Of a stretch of 32,000 nt of DNA, positions 7,496-17,000 are shown piece after piece. The stretch is taken from NCBI GenBank assembly GCA_047651235.1, contig CP178758.1, positions 1,050,001 to 1,082,000 on the forward strand, given 5' to 3'. The notes under the pieces are model-generated. The model saw only the letters and a program-made list of their open reading frames with translations, was not told where the DNA came from and made no database searches. The translations under genes were made by a program, and so were the position numbers. Source of the stretch: Candidatus Electrothrix yaqonensis. Its GTDB lineage: Bacteria; Desulfobacterota; Desulfobulbia; Desulfobulbales; Desulfobulbaceae. How positions within the stretch are numbered: the stretch's first letter is position 1; each line of letters starts with the position of its first letter.

Positions 7496-8538
7496 GAGTT
7501 TCTCCTTCTTGTGTAAAATGAATATTTGTACAAAATACTGCGGGGTATTTTGTACGGTAATAGAGAACGGTAAATCCGTTCATATTTATACTGTTTTGTT
7601 TTGACGGAACTTCTTCTTCGCCCAATTGGAACGGGGAGAGGATAGAGCTATGGGCTCAGGATAAAACATTTTCGCTGGCCAGCAGAATATGGGAAATTCA
7701 GGTACGCCGGAAAGAAAAAGGCGTGCAGAATAAGCGGGAGATGACCCATGACGCTGAGCAACCTTCGCAATGCAGCGCCATCCGGGTGATCGTTCCGAAG
7801 TATTTTTTGTGCGGTAAGCAGAAGGAATCGGCAGCAGAAAGGGAGGCTGAGACGGGAAAAGGCTCTGCTGCAGTATTCGGGTGTTTGGTGAGCGGAGTTC
7901 ATAGCATACTTTCCTGGTCAGAAATAAAAGCAGGTAACCCGGCTGTCTCCCCCGGAGACCCGTAGCTTTCCGACACCGCCTCACGACAGTTGTGGCTTTA
8001 TCAGCTTTCCGGTTCTGACCGGAAAGCGACTATTCTGTTCCTATAATTTTTTTTGTCTTTTCAGAAACAGAGATAGTTGATCAGTTTATTTTATCTATTA
8101 TAGCTTTTCCCTGTATATCAGCGAGAATCATGCCAGTTCTGTCAGCTTTTTGTGGTGGGTCAGATTAACCTGTTGTAAATATTTAGAATAAACAAGACAT
8201 TGTTCTTTCATCCTCGACGGGATTGTTCCTTTATTCGACATTAAATGTATAATGATTACTCAGTTTGCACATGGCTGGTATAATTTTTTTGTTTAATTCC
8301 AATATGTTTGGCCACTGCGTGGGAGTTATCAGGCATAATTGTCCGGCGAAATCGAGGTATAATTTACGACTGAACTAATTGTTTTTTTTATTTATTCATG
8401 CAGATACACTCGTAAAAACAATGACCGACCGTTAAGCGCCCTTGCGCATCATCCACCGGAAGGGGTGATTCTTTTTTACCGGGATATTTATACGAAAATT
8501 CAGGACTTCAGTCCCCAGCTGCAGATGCAGGGAGGCGG

Positions 8539-8562
8539 AAATCGAGGACGGTCGATTTTTTT
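8539..8562 (+). terminator. weak terminator-like hairpin plus T7 run in the long non-coding region
   Basis: AAATCGA (8539..8545) pairs with TCGATTT (8552..8558) around the loop GGACGG; the T run extends from 8556 to 8562. The stem is AT-rich, so this call is weak. Confidence 0.25.
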
Positions 8563-8777
8563 ACTGTTTCAGGATTTATGCACTTGGGTAAACTGAACGT
8601 AAGGTTGCGCTCCGCCCCTGACTATCTGATTTCGGCGGTCCCGACTAAATCAATTTGAATTTTTCTTTTTATCGCATATTATGCAGAGTCTTCCTGTACG
8701 GAGAATCAGGAAATGATGAATAACGATGCCTGATTCGCATCAAATAAAGAAAGAAGATTATCTGAAGGAGAGCCCTC

Positions 8778-9587
8778 ATGAAATACCCGATTTTTTCCAT
8801 CCTGTTGTCCTGTCTGCTCCTGACTGCATTCCTCAGCCCTGCTCTTGCCGAGGACGATCCCCAAGCCAGGGCGATTATGCAGAAGGTGGAGGATCGGGAG
8901 GACGGCGACAATCAGGAAAACGACATGACCATGATTCTGATCGACAGGAACGGCAGTGAGCGGGTCAGAAAGATTCACTCTTTTGCCAAGGATTTCGGCG
9001 AGGATACCTACCGGATCATGTTTTTTCTTCATCCGCCGGATGTGAAAGACACCGGCTTTCTGACCTATGATTACGATGATGAGGCCAAGGACGATGATCA
9101 GTGGCTTTACCTGCCTGCCCTACGCAAGACCAAGCGTATTGCAACGGACGATAAGAGTTCCAGCTTTATGGGCTCAGACCTGAATTATGCGGATATGACT
9201 TCCCGCGATTTGGAGGACTACGACTTCACCCTCCTGAAAGAACAGGAGGACAGAGGCCATAAGGTCTGGCTGATCCAGGCCGTGCCCCGCAGGCCGGAAG
9301 TGATTGACGAGACCGGCTATGAAAAATCCATCGTTTTTGTCCGGCAGGATAATTATTACGTGGTCAAGGCGGTTCACTGGGTCCGTGACGGCGGCTATCT
9401 CAAATATTTTGATGTCAAAACGCTGAAGCAAATTGACGGCATCTGGATAGCCACCGAGACCCATGTTACCAAGAAAAAAGGCAAGGTAACTGAACATAAA
9501 ACCGTCCTGAAGCTGGACAACGTGGCGTTCAGGGATGCAATGGATAAGGATATCTTTACTGTGCGGCGGCTGGAGAAAGGGTTGTAA
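8778..9587 (+). CDS. LolA-like outer-membrane lipoprotein-sorting family protein
   Basis: 269 aa with a GAAGGAG SD and a signal peptide (..LSPALA-EDD). The motifs WLYLPALRKTKRI and SSFMGSDLNYADM match the LolA-like family pattern as I recall it. Confidence 0.6.
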   Translation: MKYPIFSILLSCLLLTAFLSPALAEDDPQARAIMQKVEDREDGDNQENDMTMILIDRNGSERVRKIHSFAKDFGEDTYRIMFFLHPPDVKDTGFLTYDYDDEAKDDDQWLYLPALRKTKRIATDDKSSSFMGSDLNYADMTSRDLEDYDFTLLKEQEDRGHKVWLIQAVPRRPEVIDETGYEKSIVFVRQDNYYVVKAVHWVRDGGYLKYFDVKTLKQIDGIWIATETHVTKKKGKVTEHKTVLKLDNVAFRDAMDKDIFTVRRLEKGL

Positions 9588-9706
9588 AAAGCCATCGACC
9601 TTCAACAATTTAAAAACTGTGGGCCGGTTATTTTTTCTCCCTCGAATAAACCATCGTAACAGAAATATACGCAATCACGCACCGGATAACTGAGAAAACC
9701 GCACTT

Positions 9707-10780
9707 TTAATCGCACCCGGAAGCAACAGGCACAGCACGTTGATCAGACTCTATTCTGATGAAAAGTCGGTTGATTTCAGCAAGGAGCTGCTCCTCTGTT
9801 TTCTGCTCGCCCCGGTAATAGAGATATTCGTCTTCATACTCGTCCTCTTCACCGGGAACGATGACCTTGAAGGGCAGGGCCTGAAAGCCTGCTTTTCGCA
9901 CAGCCTTTTGAGAAGGGGTATTATCGGGACAGATCTTGGTGTAGCAGCTGCGCAGGCCCGGATACCGGTCAGCCCAGTTCAGCAGGATATTGACCGCTTC
10001 AGGCCCGAAGCCGTATCCCTGAAAATCAGGGCCCAGCCAGAAATAAAAAAAGCCGACACGATCTAATATTTCAAGGCTGATTGAGCCGAGAAACCCCCAG
10101 TATTCGTGCTGGATAGCAAAGAGGTGTTCTGTTCCGCTTTGGCGGCATTGCAGCAGCCATTGCTGCCAGTTTTCTTTCTTCTTATCGCTGAATTCGGGCA
10201 GGACGCAGAGATCGGCAATCTCAGGGTCGGCGTATTGCCGGAAAAAATCTCTTTCGTGACAGGGTTCCAGGGGAGTGAGCAGCAGAGTATCTGAGCAAAG
10301 GGCTTCGGCGCCTTGGGGCAGGTTGCTGATCCTCTGTTGCAGCTGTTGATATTCATCAGCCAAGGCGCGATGGTGTCCCGGTGCAGCTTGGCGCAGGCAT
10401 TGCTCCGCCTCTGCAAACAGGCCCTGCTGCTGATAGGCACGGATGAGCAGACGGAGATTACTGGCCGCCTGTTTCTGCTGCTTTTTTCCGGGCAGGGTGT
10501 TTTTCAGCCGGTTCTGGTATTCTTGGCAGCAATATATGATTAAGGGCCAGTCGTCCAGCCATTGGCAGGCTGTTAGGAGCTGAATGAGGGTTGGTGTGGG
10601 GAAGCGGGTGATGGCGGCTTCTTGGGTTTGCTGATCCTCCGGGAAGAAGAGTTCCCGGAGAAAAAGCATATGGTCAAGCCGTTCGTCGGCTTTGATGTGG
10701 TGGCGGCATAGGTGGTTGATTTTTTGCTGCCAATCAGGATTGGTTGAAAAAACAGAGTGGGGTCTGACAACATTCTCCAT
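9707..10780 (-). CDS. helical N-terminal domain fused to a GNAT N-acetyltransferase
   Basis: The start is moved to ATG 10780 (AGGGG upstream) because the track ORF extension overlaps the preceding gene. The C-terminal half has a GNAT core, with FYFWLGPDFQGYGFGPEAVNILLNWA as the acetyl-CoA motif A, followed by NTPSQKAVRKAGFQ. The N-terminal ~190 aa are helical and Gln-rich. Confidence 0.7.
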   Translation of the reverse strand: MENVVRPHSVFSTNPDWQQKINHLCRHHIKADERLDHMLFLRELFFPEDQQTQEAAITRFPTPTLIQLLTACQWLDDWPLIIYCCQEYQNRLKNTLPGKKQQKQAASNLRLLIRAYQQQGLFAEAEQCLRQAAPGHHRALADEYQQLQQRISNLPQGAEALCSDTLLLTPLEPCHERDFFRQYADPEIADLCVLPEFSDKKKENWQQWLLQCRQSGTEHLFAIQHEYWGFLGSISLEILDRVGFFYFWLGPDFQGYGFGPEAVNILLNWADRYPGLRSCYTKICPDNTPSQKAVRKAGFQALPFKVIVPGEEDEYEDEYLYYRGEQKTEEQLLAEINRLFIRIESDQRAVPVASGCD

Positions 10781-10844
10781 GAAGAGCCCCTGTCTCTGAT
10801 GGTTTAATTTTCCGCTCCCTTTGCCCCAACGAACCAGAGGGAGA

Positions 10845-12575
10845 TCAATCCGTAGGAAGCAGCTGGGTTGGCATACCATTAGCTTTCCATTTCTCAATCA
10901 GTCTTTTATCAACGTTCTTACCAATATACTCAGCGATCTTTTGCTGCTCTTCCCGGACTACCCCTCCAAGGAAATCAATCCAGTCTTGTTGACTGTAACT
11001 ATGCATTTCGCCCATTGGACCACTCCAATCATAAAACATAACAGAATCGCCAACTTCTGCTGCAGCTGCGATATTGCGAGCAATTTCACTCCTATTAAGC
11101 AAACCCGACGAATCAGAACCTGAGGCTGGCTTCCTTCTTATACGAAATGAATATCCGTTCTCATCGCGGAACTTAATGAGATCTTTCCTAATGTTCTCTG
11201 CATTCGTCTCGTCATCACCGACAACTATTTCATCAACATCCTGCCAGCGCAGCGGACCATGAATCTGGGTCTCAATGTAAGAATCTGTCTTTATACCGCC
11301 CTTTGCCTTTAATTCATTAAGAAATTTGTTTTCTTTACCGGTGGCTTCAGCGGCTGCCAAACGCAGCAATTCTTCATCGGTATACATAAATAGTGCTTCA
11401 GGGTGATCACTGCTGACAAAGCTGGTTAGTGCACCTTGCCCCATTAAATTCCAGCTGTCACCAGGTGTGTGTGTCATACGGTCACGTACATTGGACTTCC
11501 AGTTTATGAAACTTTTCCCATAACGTGCTGCGACACCATCTGACTGATGCTGTGACACTAAAGCAGCATATTTCGGCATGACAGAACTGTCAAATGGATC
11601 AAATGTACCCTTCGGTTCATACAGTACCTTACCATCCTTAATGATTGGTGCTCCACTGCCATCGCGTTTTGCTGGTGTAGTTTGTTGCAAGGGCACACCC
11701 TCCTTACGTTTAAGAGCGTGACCATATCCCATTGACTCCTCTACAGCACCACGTCGCTCTCGATCTGTTGAAGCTTGGCTCGCACCAATCTCCCACATAT
11801 TCCGAAACTCTGTATCTTTCATCAATAAGTTGACTAACATTTCAGAACTAACATTGCTACCGGTATTAGCGCCAGGGGTAGTGCTGAACGTGTAATTTGT
11901 AGTAACACGAGTCCCGTTAACTAAATGCTGCATAATCCTGTCGAAGTCTTGTTCTGTATAGTTTGTTTTCCACTTACCATTAAGATCTGTTAGACGTCGC
12001 AGTGCTGCTGCTCGATACTCTTGCCGGTAAACTGCCCCGCGTTTGTCGGCCAATACCATTGACCATGCTTGATCTTCAGTCAATTTAATGCCGGTTTTTC
12101 GTTCCACCTCGCGCTGTTTGGACGTGATTTCAGCAAATTCAGCATAACTCGGTACAACATAGGTACTTAGTGCCTTTCCTGTTGGTGGTGCGTTATCAAA
12201 AGCACGTATACGCGCGTCAAAATCTGACCGCTTTGCAGTCACCTGGGTACCCAGATGGCGATCCGGGTTGGCAATATCCATTAAACGTGACATCTCATCA
12301 GGTTTTGCGGACATCTTTTGTGACGCGATTAGTTGTAATATTTTTGTAGCCGCATTAGCATTTAGTTGATCCCAATCGACACTACTTAAGCTTTTGCTGC
12401 GTTGTATATCTGCAATTATCTCATGAGTTGTTTTTATATCATCGGTGGATTTGGCACGGCTGGTCGATTCTGAAGATTCCCGGAGGCGGGAAGAACCGCC
12501 ACCAATATCATCCGTGGTATAAGCTCTTCTACGTTGTTTCTTTTTACTTTTCTTAAGCAGATTGCGGCTTGACAT
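10845..12575 (-). CDS. 576-aa unknown protein with basic N-terminal leader (candidate cargo/effector)
   Basis: A perfect SD (CAGGAGG) lies 6 nt upstream of the ATG, 34 bp after the previous stop. The leader is MSSRNLLKKSKKKQRRR. Central motifs are KYAALVSQHQSDGVAARYGKSF..VRDRMTHTPGDSW and YIETQIHGPLRWQDVDEIVVGDD. No family was assigned with confidence. Confidence 0.75.
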   Translation of the reverse strand: MSSRNLLKKSKKKQRRRAYTTDDIGGGSSRLRESSESTSRAKSTDDIKTTHEIIADIQRSKSLSSVDWDQLNANAATKILQLIASQKMSAKPDEMSRLMDIANPDRHLGTQVTAKRSDFDARIRAFDNAPPTGKALSTYVVPSYAEFAEITSKQREVERKTGIKLTEDQAWSMVLADKRGAVYRQEYRAAALRRLTDLNGKWKTNYTEQDFDRIMQHLVNGTRVTTNYTFSTTPGANTGSNVSSEMLVNLLMKDTEFRNMWEIGASQASTDRERRGAVEESMGYGHALKRKEGVPLQQTTPAKRDGSGAPIIKDGKVLYEPKGTFDPFDSSVMPKYAALVSQHQSDGVAARYGKSFINWKSNVRDRMTHTPGDSWNLMGQGALTSFVSSDHPEALFMYTDEELLRLAAAEATGKENKFLNELKAKGGIKTDSYIETQIHGPLRWQDVDEIVVGDDETNAENIRKDLIKFRDENGYSFRIRRKPASGSDSSGLLNRSEIARNIAAAAEVGDSVMFYDWSGPMGEMHSYSQQDWIDFLGGVVREEQQKIAEYIGKNVDKRLIEKWKANGMPTQLLPTD

Positions 12576-12609
12576 AACTATCCTCCTGAATAAACGATCA
12601 GATTAAAAT

Positions 12610-14055
12610 TCAGACTCCCTGCACTTCACTCCACTCCTGCTGCAACCCCGGATTCTCCCTCGCCGCTTCACGAACCAGCCGGGCAGAACGCAGCACCAAC
12701 GACGGTGCCACCTCAAACGCTTTCTCTATATCCTTCTGCCCATACGCCTTCACCTCGCCCAGTTCCGTGTCAAAGGTTCTGCGTTGAACCCCGTTCCCTG
12801 CATCGGCAAGAAAATCCTCCAGAGGCTCCGGCGGCACAAAGGCAGCATAACGCCCGTCAATACGTTCATCGGTCGTGGCATCGTCCTGCAGGGGCAGGTA
12901 TTCGATCTTGCCTTTGGCTGTTTCCACAGGATAGACCATGCGCTCCTTGCCCAAGTCATACTTGGGGCGTACCTTCTCCAGGGTCTCCCGCTGTTTTGCC
13001 TCACTGACTTCCGGCAGCTCGGAACCGTTCCAGATTGCCGTGCCGTCCCTGGCCTCGGTTACCGGATCGGGCCTTGTATCAATATTCTTCGCCGTCACCT
13101 CTCCGGCCAGCTTATCCGCCCGCCGGGCTCGCCGCAGGGCATGGTCGGCATCGTTGTCTTTCAGCGCGGTTCTGCGGCGTTTGCGTTCATGCCGATCAAC
13201 CACATTATCCGGGATATAGAGACCGCGTGCCTTTTCAAACGCCGTGGCATCGCTTGCACTCGGCAGATGAATAATCTTGATTTTTTCGCTGCCGTCTTTG
13301 TTCTTGACCTTGGTCTTGACCGGAAACACCTTGCGGCCTTTGCCCATATCGTACAGCGGCTTTGTATTGCTCATGCTGTTGGCCGCACCCAGGGGTGCCT
13401 GCAGGCTGATATCATCATCGCTCACATAGCGGCCTTGTTTCAGTTCCAACGAATTCGCATCGCTTCTTTTCGGCAGATATTCCGTGTCGCCGTCAGCAGC
13501 CTTGGTGGCAAAGAGATTGCGCTGATTGGCAAACTCGAACAACGGCTTTCTATCCAGCATTTGATTACCCACTGGCGGCACCTCTACGGCGCTGTCCGAC
13601 ACATATTTGCCCTGACTTAACTCCGCTGCCGTGGCCTCGCTCTCAGCTGGCAGATACTGAATTCTGCCGTCGCCCATGTCCACCGGAAACAGAGTCCGAC
13701 CGGTGGAGAAATCAATTTTAGTATCGCTGCGGTTGAGCGATGTTTTACCGGAGCCACTGGGGGCGGGCGGTTTCACCACAGCATTGCTGCGCGTCCGGGT
13801 GACCGGATTGACCACCGACGGTAAACCCAGTTGGTCGGCACGGGCATCAGCCCTGGCCCGGCGGGCATCAGCTCTGCCCGCCTGTACCTTTTTGCTGCGC
13901 CGCAGTATTGCCCGGCCTGAGCCGGAAGACGAAGCATTCGAGGTACCTGAGCCGCCGCTGTCCCGTCGCTGTTTGCTCCGGCCGGACCTACCGCTCCTGT
14001 TCTTTGCAGGGCCTGACCGGGAACGTATTTTTTTCAGCCTGCTGGATAAGCTCAT
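12610..14055 (-). CDS. 481-aa unknown protein with basic/Ser-Gly-rich leader and four internal ~45-aa repeats
   Basis: The ATG lies 11 nt after the TGA of the giant gene, and the gap is GAGGAAGTGAT, which supplies the SD. The leader is MSLSSRLKKIRSRSGPAKNRSGRSGRSKQRR. A repeat unit is visible four times. Confidence 0.75.
   Translation of the reverse strand: MSLSSRLKKIRSRSGPAKNRSGRSGRSKQRRDSGGSGTSNASSSGSGRAILRRSKKVQAGRADARRARADARADQLGLPSVVNPVTRTRSNAVVKPPAPSGSGKTSLNRSDTKIDFSTGRTLFPVDMGDGRIQYLPAESEATAAELSQGKYVSDSAVEVPPVGNQMLDRKPLFEFANQRNLFATKAADGDTEYLPKRSDANSLELKQGRYVSDDDISLQAPLGAANSMSNTKPLYDMGKGRKVFPVKTKVKNKDGSEKIKIIHLPSASDATAFEKARGLYIPDNVVDRHERKRRRTALKDNDADHALRRARRADKLAGEVTAKNIDTRPDPVTEARDGTAIWNGSELPEVSEAKQRETLEKVRPKYDLGKERMVYPVETAKGKIEYLPLQDDATTDERIDGRYAAFVPPEPLEDFLADAGNGVQRRTFDTELGEVKAYGQKDIEKAFEVAPSLVLRSARLVREAARENPGLQQEWSEVQGV
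12838..13719 (-). repeat. four protein-level repeats (consensus kP.[FY]D.G.gR.vFPV....G.I.YLP...DAt..E...GrYV.D)
   Basis: R1 is aa 113-154 (TKIDFSTGRTLFPVDMGDGRIQYLPAESEATAAELSQGKYVSD). R2 is aa 170-213 (KPLFEFANQRNLFATKAADGDTEYLPKRSDANSLELKQGRYVSD). R3 is aa 232-283 (KPLYDMGKGRKVFPV..KIKIIHLPSASDATAFEKARGLYIPD). R4 is aa 363-406 (RPKYDLGKERMVYPVETAKGKIEYLPLQDDATTDERIDGRYAAF). Confidence 0.8.
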
Positions 14056-14066
14056 ATCACTTCCTC

Positions 14067-17000
14067 TCAGACCTTGGCCTTATACACCAGAACCATCTCG
14101 GCATTCTTCAGGAAAGTCTTATCTCCTTTCAGGGTAAACTTCCAATCTGCACCCTGCTGCCCGATGCTCAGGGTCGTCGGCTGTAGATAGGTATTGTTCG
14201 GCACCTGCAGATCATCGTTAATGGTAAAGATGGCGCCGCTGTTGCCTTCTTCATACTCGTACCGGATGAACAGCCCGATAATCCGGCTGCTGCTCATATT
14301 GGGGAACATCTCACGGGTAAAGCTGATGGTGATGTCGTTGCTGTCCCCCTTGGTCACCGCCTCCCACTCATCCGGGAAGTTATAGGCCAAGTCAAAGAAG
14401 GCTGTGGCATTATACGGCTTGAGCAGCCCTTTGACCTCGGTGGCAAAACGCTGGCCACCCTGACTCGCTGTATAGCGGAGTTTGATGGTCACATCCAGCA
14501 GGTCCGCCGGGTTATAGGAACCTTTTTTGCCGTTCAGCTCCAGGCGCCAGTTGGACACAGCTCCGGTTCCCTCAAAGGGCAGGTAGCGTTCATCATGAAA
14601 GTTCAGTTCAAACATGCCGTTGTTTTCCGTGTACTGGTCCACATGCGACAGTGCCACCTGCTGGTTGGCCCGCCAGTTGACCCGCACATTGGTGTTGGCC
14701 TCATTGGCCGGATCAAGCAGATGCTTCACCGCCTTAATATCCGCCGCCATCACTAGTTTGCTGTTCAGCTGGGTCAGGGTGGCGTTGACCGACTGGCCTT
14801 CGCCGATATCAAAGGCCAGAGAGATGGTTTTAATCTGCCGGTTATAATGCCCCGGGAAGTCATAGTCAAACAGCTCTTCGGATAAGCGGAAGGTACAGTA
14901 TCCCTTGGTCTTAAGCTGCAGCAGGGCCAGGGGATCCGTTTCCAGCAGAGAAATACTTTTGGTGATCTCCATACTGCGGCTGTTGCTGTCCATATAGTCC
15001 TTTTCCATACGGTCCATGTCCAGATCTAGGGCAGCACCTGCCAGCAGGCCCTTTCTCCGGCTGTCCCAATACATGCCGCTGATATAGTTCAGCTGACCGG
15101 CTTTGATGCCCTTTTCAAAGATAAAAGCCTGTTCCGCCTGCTTGGCATAATCATGGGCCATTTTATAAGTCTGGAAAAACAACCCGGCAAGCCTGTTGCT
15201 CATCCAGCTATACAGCTGCTGATTGGAGAACTTGCTCTTCATAAAGGTGGCAATGGATTCATTATTCTCCATATCTTTTTCATGCATCAGCAGCTCATGC
15301 CGGGCCATTGCTATACGCAGTTTCTGGGCCTCGATCTCGTGTTCCAACCCCCTGATTTCGCTGGCCGCCATTTTCTGTTGCAGTTCCCAGTCCTGTTTTG
15401 AGCGCTTGTACTGGGCAACCACCCCGGCCACTTCACCGCCCATACTCAGGGCCTCGGCAGCAGACTGGGTTGCTTCGGCAAACTGACCCAGCATATCTCC
15501 TACGTTGCGTCCGCCGCTGGTAACCCCGAAACTGAACGGCCCGGCAGTAACCTGCGGTACCACATGGGAAAGCCCGGCAACAACTCTGCCCAAGGCAACA
15601 ACCCCGTTCAGCACGGCTCCGGCGGTCATCATCCCAATCTGGGTTTCCTCTTCTGCCAGGTAACCTGCCGAAATAAGTCCTTCGTAATGGCGCTTCTGCT
15701 CCTTTGCCCGCTCCCTGCTCTCTTTCAGGTTTTCCAGCGAAATTTCCGCTTCTTTGATCTGCTCTTCCTTCAGGAAGGTGCTCAGTTCCAGCATCATGGC
15801 TTCCTGCTTGTTCTGCAGCAGACTCAGCTCTTCCGAGTCTTTCTTCTCCAAGGTGGACAGCAAATTATCGCCAAGGCTCTTCAGTTTATCAATCAAGGTG
15901 CGGGCCTTGGCCAGCAGGGCACTGAAGCGGTAGTCAGGCACTGTTGCCGCCCCTGCGGCTGCCAGAACTGCAGCGGCTGCTCCGCCGCCCCCGGCAACCG
16001 CATTGACCAGGGCCATGGGATCAATGGGCGGCTGAAACAGAGGCAGGGGCTGGGCTATGCCGTCAATATTCAGACAGGCTCGGATCTTGCTCAGCCGGTC
16101 TTCTACCCGGTCCCAGTACTCGGTAAACAGCTCATTCTCCTTCAGATAAAAATAGGGGTTGGTTACCGTATCGAACTGAGTGGCGGCAAAACTCAGGCTC
16201 TGCTCGTAAACCACTTCACCCTCGTTGGTCAGGCTGTTTTCCAGATCAATAAGGAAATCATAGTCTTCATAGGCTTCGTTGTCAGCTGCACCGGTGTACT
16301 GATTAAGCTCCGCATAGGTCTTGGTTTTTTCCAGAACCACCTGGCCCATGTTTTCCGGTTTTTCACCCAGTAAATCATAGGCCAGGATGTAGAGCATCCG
16401 TGCTTCGTTGATGCTTTCACGGGTGTATTGCCGGAACAGCATGTCGCCCCAGTCAAGCAGGTTGTCCACGTAGCGCATAACAATGGCCTTGCGGTAGGCA
16501 ATGGTGCGCAGAGCGGCAACGGCATGGGGATCAAAAGGGTCTTCCAGGTATACTTCCAGCTGCGAGGAATAGTTCTGCATCAGGCCGATGCGGTAGTCCA
16601 GCCGCTTGATGATTTCCAGTGCTTCCTGCATTTCGCTCTGCCAAGTGGTCAGTAGAGCTTTATCACTCGATGATACATTCTCCGGAACGGTATCCAACAA
16701 TTCATCTACGGCATCGGCCAACGCTATATAGGTACTCCATGACTCTATGTCTTCCAGTTTGACACTTTCCGCTTCTTCAACCGAAGACTGACTTGCCAGC
16801 CCCAGAAATACGTCCTGAAAAGGTTCCAGTACATCAGCCAGCCCGTCCTCTTCATCAGAGCCGTCCAGAGCGTCTCTGGCATCCTGTACTGCCTCAGAGC
16901 TGGTCAGTGCTTCAAAATTGTCCAGATCGTTCATCAGGGTCGCCATCAAAGCCTCCGGATCAGCAGCCAGGAAGGGCAGGAACTTCCAGTAATCTCCTGT

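Noticed and set aside
7630-7950. RNase P RNA (rnpB)-like partial matches on the plus strand: GAGAGGAUAGAGCUAUGGGCUC, GUGCAGAAUAAGCGGG, GUGCGGUAAGCAG, and AGGUAACCCGGCU, in the rnpB order
   Set aside because: The universally conserved GGAAAGUCCGGGCUCC element is absent from both strands of the whole window, and I could not build P1-P4 pairings. I treat this as coincidental resemblance. An Infernal scan would settle it.
7586-7984. 132-aa minus-strand ORF and overlapping 80-84-aa ORFs
   Set aside because: The translations are Arg/Pro/Ser-rich and junk-like. There is no SD, and the ORFs overlap in several frames, which is typical of non-coding GC-moderate DNA.
7800-7990. Molybdenum-cofactor (Moco) riboswitch, considered because of the nearby mod genes (GCCUCCC and GGAAAG-like strings are present)
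   Set aside because: The strings occur in the wrong order and orientation relative to the motif as I recall it. I cannot reproduce the consensus reliably enough to make a call.
9174-9674. 166-aa minus-strand ORF
   Set aside because: It is antisense to the LolA-like gene, which has an SD, a signal peptide and family motifs.
10781-10897. N-terminal extension of the GNAT ORF
   Set aside because: It overlaps the stop region of the 576-aa gene. The internal ATG at 10780 has an AGGGG SD and gives a sensible intergenic gap.
12784-13620. 278-aa plus-strand ORF, plus smaller ones at 12705..13274
   Set aside because: They are antisense to the 481-aa gene, which has an SD, tight coupling to the upstream stop, and a four-fold internal repeat. 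The shadow ORFs are explained by that gene's codon bias.
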